64,000 nt of DNA from Candidatus Zixiibacteriota bacterium (GTDB lineage Bacteria > Zixibacteria > MSB-5A5 > GN15 > JAAZOE01): contig JBDREQ010000076.1 of NCBI GenBank assembly GCA_043819555.1, forward strand, positions 32,001 through 96,000, given 5' to 3'. The notes under the pieces were generated by a model that saw nothing but the letters and a program-made list of their open reading frames with translations, made no database searches and had not been told where the DNA came from. Within the stretch, counting starts at the first letter, position 1. Every line of letters starts with the position of its first letter. This document shows, piece after piece, positions 47,948 through 56,528 of the stretch. The position numbers were made by a program, and so were the translations under genes.

Positions 47948-49612
47948 ATGAAATTATTCGGAATATTCATCGGTCTTTTTATCATTCTGCTGTCTTTTTC
48001 ATTAGCGTTGAGCTCTGATAATTATTGTAAAACTGTACACGGCAATAATGGTTTCGAAATGACTGTTGATTATGATCGACGGATATTTACTGTCAATGAA
48101 AAGGATATCCCCATCACCATAGATTATCCAGAGTGTCACGAATGTAAAGAAAGCGTCGATACTGTCAAATATCATCAGAGAATAAAGGATTTCGCGGCGA
48201 AAAATGCGGACGCCCGGCTTTATCTGGAGTATGACCGTTTTGATATTTACGCGGATACCGGATTGTACAATAATAACACTGCCCAATTAGAGCTTTTCAT
48301 TGATAAATTTGAACAAAGATATGAAGCGATGGAATCTTTGACCAAATGGAGTGCCGAAAAATTCTACGGAAAGAAACTCGAGATATATTTTGAAGGAGTC
48401 TCGGATTGCGGGCATGGATGGGCTTTGGCCGGGGAAGCGCATATTTATATAAATTCAGACCTTTCCGATCATGATGCCTGCGTCCTTCCATATTATGAAG
48501 ACGGACTCCCCCTTTATGATAATCCGGGAGAATTAGGCGATCAATGGACTTATATGCTGACCGCTTTGCATGAATCATTGCATTCAATAACTCCCCAGCC
48601 GATTTTCAATAGAAGTTGGCTTAGAGAAGGATTGGCGGAATATCATTCTAGAAATATCTTAGTCGCGTTTAATGATATTAATCAGGAGACCGCGAATTAT
48701 TATATCCATCAGGGATCAAGCGTCTATTATAATTGGGAAGATTATGTGGCTAATGATTATCATGACACTTCAATCTATGGAAGCGATATTCAAAATAGTC
48801 TGGGGTACGACATCTCTGCTTGGATGTTTACGATGCTGAGAGAAAATTATGGTCTGAATTGGAGTGAATTTTACGATTTACTGAATAATAATCATGAGAC
48901 CTTAAACAAAGCTCATGAATTAGACGGTGGTGATCATTACAGCTATTTTACGGATGCCTGCATCATAGATATATTCGGCCGAATGTGCGGAATGACATTT
49001 GATGAAATTCAGGCTGTCTTTAGATATGACGGCCCTAATGGCCCCGGCTGGGGCGTGAGGTACTGGGAGAGTTTGGACTGGTATGCTGATTTGACAGCCA
49101 CGATAGATTATTCTACTGAATACCCGTTGGTCAATGAAACCATTGATCTTATTACCACTATTTATAACTCGGCTGATTTTGGCCTTAATACAATTTCCGT
49201 AAATATCTACAACGGTGGAACGCCGATTTTAATCGACACGATTAACATCAATGCTCTGGACTCAACCATAATCAATATCGAATTTATTCCAACTGAAACG
49301 GGCGGTTACACTTTTACTGTCATTGTCGATGAAGAGAATATAAAAATAGAATCAAATGACACAAATAACATGTCAGAAAAAACGCTGACGGTTTATTCTG
49401 ATTATATTTGCGGTGATGCGAATTCCGATGCACAGGCAAACATTGGAGATGCTGTTTTTATAATAAATCACGTATTCAAAGGAGGCCCGGCTCCCGGTTC
49501 ATTCTATGCGGGAAACGCCAATTGTGATGACGATATAAATGCCGGTGATGCCGTTTACATGATTAACCACGTCTTCAAATTCGGCCCCGCCCCCTGTGCC
49601 GGATGTGAGTGA
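47948..49612 (+). CDS. Secreted gluzincin-type metallopeptidase with CARDB and dockerin-like domains
   Basis: Signal peptide; ALHESLH + WLREGLAEY; CARDB (ADL...VDEEN...ESNDTNN); C-terminal CGDAN..D duplicate. Confidence 0.85.
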   Translation: MKLFGIFIGLFIILLSFSLALSSDNYCKTVHGNNGFEMTVDYDRRIFTVNEKDIPITIDYPECHECKESVDTVKYHQRIKDFAAKNADARLYLEYDRFDIYADTGLYNNNTAQLELFIDKFEQRYEAMESLTKWSAEKFYGKKLEIYFEGVSDCGHGWALAGEAHIYINSDLSDHDACVLPYYEDGLPLYDNPGELGDQWTYMLTALHESLHSITPQPIFNRSWLREGLAEYHSRNILVAFNDINQETANYYIHQGSSVYYNWEDYVANDYHDTSIYGSDIQNSLGYDISAWMFTMLRENYGLNWSEFYDLLNNNHETLNKAHELDGGDHYSYFTDACIIDIFGRMCGMTFDEIQAVFRYDGPNGPGWGVRYWESLDWYADLTATIDYSTEYPLVNETIDLITTIYNSADFGLNTISVNIYNGGTPILIDTININALDSTIINIEFIPTETGGYTFTVIVDEENIKIESNDTNNMSEKTLTVYSDYICGDANSDAQANIGDAVFIINHVFKGGPAPGSFYAGNANCDDDINAGDAVYMINHVFKFGPAPCAGCE

Positions 49613-49627
49613 GGATAATATTGACAC

Positions 49628-49714
49628 AAGGGCGGGATCCCCGCGATCCCGCCAATCCCCGGCAAAAGGAGGGATAATATTAATAATGGCAGCATCACAG
49701 GGATGCTGCCCTAC
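49628..49714. repeat. Inverted GTAG-type REP doublet
   Basis: GGCGGGATC-N5-GATCCCGCC facing GGCAGCATC-N5-GATGCTGCC-CTAC, between convergent genes. Confidence 0.7.
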
Positions 49715-49724
49715 TGACTAATAT

Positions 49725-50441
49725 CTAATTCTCCAACTCAGCAACAGCATCATCCCACTCTTGAGGGGAAGTAAATGCAGTACGCCAAACGTTTTTTTCG
49801 AAGTCCCACTTGAAGGTGTAGGCACGGTCTAATGGTGTAATAATATACTGGGAGTCTCCCCACCTGTATTTAATCACAATCCGTAAGTGATTATACGAAA
49901 GCATTTTGTTGATTTTTAGGGAACTACTCACCACTAATGGTTGGTGTGGAAACAATATACTGCCGCCGAAAGATATTTCTTCATTATAGGAGTGGCCAGC
50001 TGAAAGAAGCTCATACCAAATTGTGTCTATAGTAGCATTAGATTTTCCAATATTCTCTAGTGTGAAAAACACAGTATAACTATGTTCAGGATTTGCTTTT
50101 ATTATGCTTCCGTCTAACTGTGTTAGATTTCCTGAGTAAGGTTTAAAATCTTCCAGTTGTTTAATAGGTTGAATGGTTAATGATGGACCTTCAGCATACA
50201 GCAACTGCTTTGACGATAATTCCAACTGAGCCTCAGATAGCTCCAATTGAGATTGAGTCATTTCCAACTGAGAATTTGTCAAGTCTAGTTGATCCCAAAC
50301 TGCATCTAAGCTGGAATAGACTATTATACAAGCGGCTATAATTACACCAATCTCAATAATACCTTTATATCGTGGAACCCATCTCGGCCTCGGCCTATCA
50401 TCGTACTTGTCTTTACCCTTATCCTTGTTATTATCAGACAT
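49725..50441 (-). CDS. Hypothetical single-pass membrane protein with heptad coiled coil
   Basis: Probable start ATG 50441 (AAGGA RBS); TM followed by repeated xxQLxxx heptads; no family recognised. Confidence 0.7.
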   Translation of the reverse strand: MSDNNKDKGKDKYDDRPRPRWVPRYKGIIEIGVIIAACIIVYSSLDAVWDQLDLTNSQLEMTQSQLELSEAQLELSSKQLLYAEGPSLTIQPIKQLEDFKPYSGNLTQLDGSIIKANPEHSYTVFFTLENIGKSNATIDTIWYELLSAGHSYNEEISFGGSILFPHQPLVVSSSLKINKMLSYNHLRIVIKYRWGDSQYIITPLDRAYTFKWDFEKNVWRTAFTSPQEWDDAVAELEN

Positions 50442-50607
50442 ATTTCCTTCATCATTGTCAATATTGGATATCAAATAAGTGTATAAACCCCACCATGTCA
50501 ATAAATTTAAATCTCACCATCGCTTATCCCACCAGCAATTACCCCACAATCCCACCGCTATTTCCGAAATCATCTCCATTATTATGATGAAATACGAATA
50601 TTCACCC

Positions 50608-50681
50608 GTAGGGGCTTGTCGCGACAAGCCCGCATTTGGTTTCTTACAGATAGTTCCGGGGCGCGCGCGAGCGACCCCTAC
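50608..50681. repeat. Inverted GTAG-type REP doublet (REPIN-like)
   Basis: GTAG-GGGCTTGTC-GC-GACAAGCCC and inverted ...GACCCCTAC. Confidence 0.75.
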
Positions 50682-50698
50682 TGAAAAGTGCATTTCTA

Positions 50699-50797
50699 CT
50701 GTCATTCCCGAGAGCGAAGCCCCGTCAGGGGCGAAGCGAGTCGGGAATCCAGACAGCGTCGATATATTCATGGATTCCCGCTCTCGCGAGTATGGCA
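50699..50797. repeat. GTCATTCCC...GGGAATCC palindromic doublet
   Basis: 54-nt element nearly identical to the reverse complement of 62222-62274, plus a degenerate inverted partner at 50771-50797. Confidence 0.85.
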
Positions 50798-50814
50798 ATT
50801 TATGGACTTTTGTC

Positions 50815-50860
50815 TTTTCCCCTCTTCGAGAGGGGTGGCTCAGAGAGAGACGGGGTGTGT
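50815..50860. repeat. CCCCTCT..AGAGGGG palindromic element
   Basis: Same core as 47658-47680. Confidence 0.6.
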
Positions 50861-50965
50861 TCATAATCACCACCGAGTTGATATGACCAAAAACGTTAAT
50901 ATGAGAAAACAAACCCATTTTCGACGCCAAATTTAACAAAAAAAGGGAGGTAACTAAATGGCAAT

Positions 50966-50990
50966 AAAAAAGGCCGGGGATCCCGACCTT
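50966..50990 (-). terminator. Intrinsic terminator of the ECF-anti-sigma-ybjQ operon
   Basis: AGGTCGGG-ATC-CCCGGCCT stem plus U-tract on minus strand. Confidence 0.75.
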
Positions 50991-51046
50991 TGGGAAATTC
51001 TATGATGCGAGGTCATCAGGTGATTGAAAATCAACGCCGTTTTCTA

Positions 51047-51364
51047 CTATTCCTCAACAACAACAGCGGTGCCATAGCATAAAAGTTCGGCGGCGCCCTG
51101 CATCATCGACGAGGTCGAAAAGCGTACGGTTATAACCGCGTTAGCGCCAAGTTTTTCGGCTTCGGCGACCATGCGATCCAGAGACTGCTCGCGCGATTCG
51201 GCAATCATTTTAGTGTAATCGGTTATTTCGCCCCCGATCATGTTACGAAGGCCAGCCAGGATATCGCGTCCCACATGACGGGCACGAATGGTATTGCCTT
51301 TAACTAATCCTAGAACCTTGACTATTTTTTTCCCACAAATATCGTCTGATGTCACCAGAATCAT
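51047..51364 (-). CDS. YbjQ / UPF0145 family protein
   Basis: LGLVKGNTIRARHVGRDI.AGLRN..GGE, GANAV..VRF, YGTAV. Confidence 0.95.
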   Translation of the reverse strand: MILVTSDDICGKKIVKVLGLVKGNTIRARHVGRDILAGLRNMIGGEITDYTKMIAESREQSLDRMVAEAEKLGANAVITVRFSTSSMMQGAAELLCYGTAVVVEE

Positions 51365-51807
51365 CGCTCGATCTCCTTATACCTGTCCCGATTATAAGCA
51401 AACAATCGCTCGCGCGCAACTGAAACCAAAAGGACAACGGCCCCAATGATAAGTCCCCCCACTCCCAGTTTAGGAAATAAAGCAACGGATGGATCCAAAA
51501 AATAATCGCGCACAAGATAGAATCCTCCACAGCCGAGCAGAATTATCGCTCCCAGTGAAGTGAAAATCCACCCGATGCCGCGTTCGAAATGGCGATACAG
51601 GTTTTGCCAATACCCTTCCCAGACTTCCAGCGGCAAATCTTTGTACGTCACTTTGTCGGTTACCTCCCTGACTTTTTGCAACCGGGCAAGTTCATCGCGC
51701 CATTCGGGCGATTCGGCCAGTTTTTTTGAAACCAGCTCAAGCTGCTTTGGGTCAAGCTCCCCATCCTGATACCCTGCCAGCAAAAATTTCATATCATCCC
51801 GGTTCAT
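51361..51807 (-). CDS. Putative anti-sigma factor (degenerate zf-HC2, two TMs)
   Basis: LLAGYQDGEL...E N-terminal anti-sigma helix pattern; directly after ECF sigma; two TM helices. Confidence 0.8.
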   Translation of the reverse strand: MNRDDMKFLLAGYQDGELDPKQLELVSKKLAESPEWRDELARLQKVREVTDKVTYKDLPLEVWEGYWQNLYRHFERGIGWIFTSLGAIILLGCGGFYLVRDYFLDPSVALFPKLGVGGLIIGAVVLLVSVARERLFAYNRDRYKEIER

Positions 51808-51813
51808 AATAAG

Positions 51814-52362
51814 TTATACCTCTTCTTCCATTAGTTCGGCCAAGCGTTTTCTGGCGTAATACAATCGCGACATCACCGTCCCCTTAGGGATGCCCAAAAG
51901 ACTGGAGATTTCATCATAGCTCATCATCCGAAAATGGTTGAGATTGATAATCTCCCGGTCGGCGAAATTCAATTTCATGACAGCCGCGTACAATTGCTGC
52001 TTTTGCTCGTTCTCCAGATAATCGGATTCCGGGGTTTCGCGGTCAGCCAGCATATACTCGACATCAGCAATATCGACCGTGCGAGCGGCGGCAACCTGTC
52101 TTTTGCGGAGGACATTGCGGCATAGATTGGTGACAATTGAATAAAACCAGGGAAAGAAGCTTTGAGATTCGTCAAATGTCGATGCCGAGTTATACACGCG
52201 AAGAAACGCCTCCTGAGAAACATCATAGGCATCATCGGAATTTCCGACCATGCCCAGAGCCAGAAAATAGGCCTGCTTTTTGTACCTTTCCACCAGCCCA
52301 GCCAAAGCCCTGGCTTTGCCCTTTTTAAGCTGAACCATTATTTTGTTATCATCTAAGCTCAT
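51814..52362 (-). CDS. ECF RNA polymerase sigma factor
   Basis: DAYDVSQEAFLR, FFPWFYSI..NLCRN (region 2); MSYDEI..LLGIPKGTVMSRLYYAR (region 4). Confidence 0.95.
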   Translation of the reverse strand: MSLDDNKIMVQLKKGKARALAGLVERYKKQAYFLALGMVGNSDDAYDVSQEAFLRVYNSASTFDESQSFFPWFYSIVTNLCRNVLRKRQVAAARTVDIADVEYMLADRETPESDYLENEQKQQLYAAVMKLNFADREIINLNHFRMMSYDEISSLLGIPKGTVMSRLYYARKRLAELMEEEV

Positions 52363-52508
52363 GACTAAAAGATATACCCGACCGAAGACAAATTATTCAA
52401 AATTTAATTCATCTTAAATACCTGAAAAAAATATAATTTCAGCGTGCACGAATTGAAACAAAAATCTATGAATAGACCAATTTCAAGAAATAATACAATA
52501 TCAGGGAA

Positions 52509-54140
52509 TTAATTGCCCCGCATTCGCTTAAGTTCTTTTTTTATTTCCGTGGCGTTAAGGGAATTAGCATCGATTATGTTGCGGCCTTTTGACGTTTTTT
52601 TGCTTATAGCCAGATGGTTATCAGCCTGGGAAGCTACGGCGGGAAGATGGCTAATGGTGATAACTTGATGATTTTGGGAAAGCTCTTTTAGTTTTTCCGC
52701 CAATTTATGGGCAGTCTGGCCGCCAATACCGGTATCGATTTCATCAAAAATAATGGTTGGAAGTTTGTATTTGCCCGCGATTACGGTTAGAATCGCCAGC
52801 ATAATTCGAGAGATTTCTCCTCCCGAAGCGATCTTTGACATAGGCCGCAAAGGTTCTTTGGGATTGGTCGAAATCAAAAATTCAGCCGTCTCAAAACCGT
52901 AATTATTGGCTTTTAACTTTTCTCCGTTAACTTCAAATCCGCTATCATCGCCTTCTGATGCAAAATTGATTTTGAACTGGGCGTCCTCAATAGCCAGGTC
53001 GTTTAGCTGTTTGATTATTATCTTCTCAAATGCAAACGCGGCTTTGCGGCGTTTTTTTGAAATTTCAAGAGCCAGCTCGTAGTATTCGCGGCGGATTTCG
53101 GCGAGTTTACTTCTTAACTCGGCAATCAGTGTTTGAATATCAGTCGATGATAAACTTTCGCTCTGCAGATCGGCAAGCAATTTTATCAATCCGGTTTCGT
53201 CGCTATTGTATTTTTTCTTAAGGCGATATAATTCGGCAAGTCGTGCATTTATATCGTCCAACCGCTGGGGATTATCGTCAAGACGCGAGAGATATGATTC
53301 AATATTACTTGTCAATTCATTAAGATTGATGCGGCTCTCTGAAAGAAGTTTGGCTTCTTCAGAAAGCCTCTGGTCAATACCGGCGGCATCATTAAGACGA
53401 GATTCAAGTCTGGAAAGAACTGAGATGATTGAATTGTCGTTTTCGCTGAGAGAGTTGATAATCGCCTGTGACGTATCCAGGAGTATCTGTACCGACTCAA
53501 GCTTCTTTTTTTCAATTTCAAGTTCGGCTTCTTCGCCAATTCTGAGATTCGATTTAGACAACTCATCAATCTGAAAATTCATCAAGTCCAGCTTTTCACG
53601 GGCCGCCTGAGCATTTTCCTGAGTATTTTTCAATCTCTTCTCGACGGTAGTAAGAGAATCAAATAATCGCGAAAGTTTTTCGCCCTTTGTGTCCAATCCG
53701 GCGTAGCTATCGAGAAAGAATAAGTGGCGCTCCTGCTCGAGCAATCCTCGCTGGTCCTGCTGAGAGTGCATTTCGCATAGGTCATTTACGATTTTTTGAG
53801 TGATACTAAGATTGGCGAGTTTATCATTGATATAGACTCGTGATGCCCCCGTCGCCGATACTTCGCGAAGAAAAGTTATTTCTGAATCTGTCTTGAAATC
53901 ACCATTTAACTTCTCCAAAGATTTGGAGTCCAAATTAAAAACGGCAAGCGCGGAAGATTTTTTTGCGCCGTGACGAATTAAATCTCTATCTGCGCGGCCG
54001 CCAAGGGCAAGTTTGAGACCGCCAATAATGACCGATTTGCCTGCCCCGGTTTCACCGGTCAGGACAGTCAGCCCCGGTTTAAAATCGATTTCGATCTCGT
54101 CAACCAGAGCATAGTTTTTGATATAGAGTTTTTTTAGCAA
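52509..54140 (-). CDS. recN: DNA repair protein RecN
   Basis: LTGETGAGKS, coiled coil, IASGGEISR, IFDEIDTGIGG, ISHLP. Confidence 0.97.
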   Translation of the reverse strand: MLKKLYIKNYALVDEIEIDFKPGLTVLTGETGAGKSVIIGGLKLALGGRADRDLIRHGAKKSSALAVFNLDSKSLEKLNGDFKTDSEITFLREVSATGASRVYINDKLANLSITQKIVNDLCEMHSQQDQRGLLEQERHLFFLDSYAGLDTKGEKLSRLFDSLTTVEKRLKNTQENAQAAREKLDLMNFQIDELSKSNLRIGEEAELEIEKKKLESVQILLDTSQAIINSLSENDNSIISVLSRLESRLNDAAGIDQRLSEEAKLLSESRINLNELTSNIESYLSRLDDNPQRLDDINARLAELYRLKKKYNSDETGLIKLLADLQSESLSSTDIQTLIAELRSKLAEIRREYYELALEISKKRRKAAFAFEKIIIKQLNDLAIEDAQFKINFASEGDDSGFEVNGEKLKANNYGFETAEFLISTNPKEPLRPMSKIASGGEISRIMLAILTVIAGKYKLPTIIFDEIDTGIGGQTAHKLAEKLKELSQNHQVITISHLPAVASQADNHLAISKKTSKGRNIIDANSLNATEIKKELKRMRGN

Positions 54141-54142
54141 GG

Positions 54143-54739
54143 CTAAATTTGACTATCTAAATACGCTTTTCCTCGAATGGATATAGTGTAGCCATTGCGC
54201 CTGGAGTTGATCAATCCTTCGTTCTTTAGCGCGGTCATCCGTTTCATGACATCATTTCGGGAAATATTAAATTTTTTCGCAATTGAAACTGAATTATGGG
54301 GTGCTTCCACATCCAAAAATCCAAGGAGGTCTTCCGATTTCACCTCAACATCAGAGAGGACGTCGATTTCTACCAGGCGTTCCATGATTTTTATCATATC
54401 CCGTTCGGCCGGTTTTACACCTCCGGCAGTACGATCTTCCGATCCCAGGTAGGTGTATTTTATCCTGATTAATCGGCCCGAGCCGAAATTGAATCCGGGA
54501 TTGCGTTTGCGAAAAGCTTTTTTAAATTCGTCCTGGTCGTAAAAACCGGCGGCCTCCAAATCCTCTTCCGCAATTTTCTTGAAATCGACGAATTCAATTT
54601 CCTCGACCCGAACAAATCCAAGCCCGAAAGACTTGTATTCTTTACCGGCTTCAACCCGCAGCTTATCCCAATCGCGAAAAGTCACTGTGGTTCTCCCCAT
54701 TTTTATATCATCAAATTCTTCTTTCTTAAATAACAGCAT
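54143..54739 (-). CDS. ASCH/PUA-domain protein with C-terminal winged HTH
   Basis: IKMGRTTVTFRDW (GxKxxTxR-like ASCH motif), DLEAAGF; C-terminal IAKKF.ISR...LKNEGLI...GYTISIRG wHTH. Confidence 0.72.
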   Translation of the reverse strand: MLLFKKEEFDDIKMGRTTVTFRDWDKLRVEAGKEYKSFGLGFVRVEEIEFVDFKKIAEEDLEAAGFYDQDEFKKAFRKRNPGFNFGSGRLIRIKYTYLGSEDRTAGGVKPAERDMIKIMERLVEIDVLSDVEVKSEDLLGFLDVEAPHNSVSIAKKFNISRNDVMKRMTALKNEGLINSRRNGYTISIRGKAYLDSQI

Positions 54740-54797
54740 TTAAAACCTCGAATAAAAATTTTACATGACCTGAATTACAGCCCGTAATAAAACTGAT

Positions 54798-56528
54798 TTA
54801 AACCTTCTTTTCAAGCAGATATTTTATTTCGGTCTGTAATTTTATCGCCAAATCCTTGTCGGCACTTTCTTCAGCCGCGGCAAGTTGTTCTTTTAACTGA
54901 GTAATCTGGCGGTTTCGTTTTTGATTTAACAGCATTTGCCGGTATTCCTTGATTACTCCGGCCTGGTCGATATCGCCCCAATCCAAAGTTGAAATAAAGG
55001 CCAATCCCGAAACTAACGATTCGTCCTTTATAGATTCAATCATTTTGTCCGGATTTATTTCGCCGGAACTTTTGTAGGAGTCGAGCATTTTTTTATATAT
55101 TTCGCCATGACCGGGACCGGAAAAATCATCGGGAGAAATATCATTCCAGATTAGTTCAATCAGCGGCGGATGATTAACGCAGAGTGACAACAATTCTGAT
55201 TCAAGGATGTTGATGTTGCGGGTGTGCTCGGGAGCGGGCTGAATGGATGACTCTTGTATCCCCGATTGCAATGAAGCCCGGGAAAGATTAAGCTTTTCCG
55301 AGGCGGAAGAAATAAATATATCTCGTTTGAGGGAATCATCTATTCTGGAAGCTAAAGATTTTATTTCGCGGGCGATGTTTTCTTTTTCTCTAATCGAAAG
55401 TTCATGACTATCAATTCGGTTGAAACGAAAGGTTATAAAATCTTCTGAGTTTTCGACCAGCTTATACACAGCTTCCGGGCCATGTTCGCGAACGAATGAA
55501 TCGGGGTCTTTTTCGGGTGGAGAAGAGACAATCATCGGCTCAATTCCGGCATTATAAAAATTCTCAACAGATCGTAAGGCCGCACTCCGTCCTGCCGAAT
55601 CGGCATCAAAAAAGATGTAGGTCTTTTGAGCGAATCTTGATATCAAACGTGCCTGCTGCGGCGTAAACGATGTCCCCGATACGGCGATGACGTTTTCTAT
55701 CCCTGCCTGATGCAAGGCAATAAGGTCAAAATAACCTTCGACCAATATTGCTGAGCCGGCCTCCCGGATGGATTGTTTGGCAAAATTAAGGCCATAGAGT
55801 ATGAATGACTTATTGTAAAGCGGTGTTTCAGGGGAATTGACGTATTTGGCCGGTTCACCTTTTTTGAGGGCGCGCCCTCCAAAAGCGACTGTTTTCCCCA
55901 TAATATCAAAAATGGGGATTATTAGCCGCATGCGAAATCGGTCGTAATAATCACCGGTCTTGTTGGATTTTGTGGCAAGGCCAGCTTCGACCAATTCTTC
56001 CGGCTTTATATCCTTTTTGCGGGCGTAATCAACAAGTCCTTGCCAGTCGTCGGTTGCCAAACCAATTTGAAATTTCTCAACTGTTGATTTTTCGAGTCCC
56101 CTGACTTTATACAAATAATTTTCAATTTTTTGCCTGTATCTGGAATCAAAAAGGTTAGATTGAAAATACTCGGCCGCAGTCAGATTAGCATAAAGCAGGC
56201 GTTCGGTGCGAGTATCTTTTTCTTTTTCATATTTAGGAAGAACGATTCCGTAACGATCGGCGAGCAATTTAATGGCCTCGATAAAACTCAGTTTTTCATG
56301 TTCCATTAAAAACGTAAAGACATTGCCGCCTTTGCCGCATCCGAAGCAGTGGAAGATTTGCTTTTCGGGTGAGACCGAAAAAGACGGCGTTTTTTCATCG
56401 TGGAAGGGGCAGATGGCCATGAAATTCCTGCCGCGTTTTTTTAGCGGGAGATAACCGGATAGTATTTCCACAATGTCGGCCGCCATGCGGACTTCATCGA
56501 TCTTATTTTCAGGAATACGCGCTGCCAT
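54798..56528 (-). CDS. dnaG: DNA primase
   Basis: CPFHDEKTPSF...CFGC zinc domain, FGGR, KYVNSPET, VEGYFD, FDADSAG, KDPD. Confidence 0.98.
   Translation of the reverse strand: MAARIPENKIDEVRMAADIVEILSGYLPLKKRGRNFMAICPFHDEKTPSFSVSPEKQIFHCFGCGKGGNVFTFLMEHEKLSFIEAIKLLADRYGIVLPKYEKEKDTRTERLLYANLTAAEYFQSNLFDSRYRQKIENYLYKVRGLEKSTVEKFQIGLATDDWQGLVDYARKKDIKPEELVEAGLATKSNKTGDYYDRFRMRLIIPIFDIMGKTVAFGGRALKKGEPAKYVNSPETPLYNKSFILYGLNFAKQSIREAGSAILVEGYFDLIALHQAGIENVIAVSGTSFTPQQARLISRFAQKTYIFFDADSAGRSAALRSVENFYNAGIEPMIVSSPPEKDPDSFVREHGPEAVYKLVENSEDFITFRFNRIDSHELSIREKENIAREIKSLASRIDDSLKRDIFISSASEKLNLSRASLQSGIQESSIQPAPEHTRNINILESELLSLCVNHPPLIELIWNDISPDDFSGPGHGEIYKKMLDSYKSSGEINPDKMIESIKDESLVSGLAFISTLDWGDIDQAGVIKEYRQMLLNQKRNRQITQLKEQLAAAEESADKDLAIKLQTEIKYLLEKKV

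Noticed and set aside
50600..50870. Possible CRISPR array or integron attC array
   Set aside because: No regularly spaced direct repeats with unique spacers, no cas or integron integrase, and no clear RYYYAAC/GTTRRRY box pairs
50479..50939. Three overlapping ORFs (135, 141 and 82 aa)
   Set aside because: They read through GC-rich palindromic repeats, have no RBS or recognisable domain, and are probably spurious
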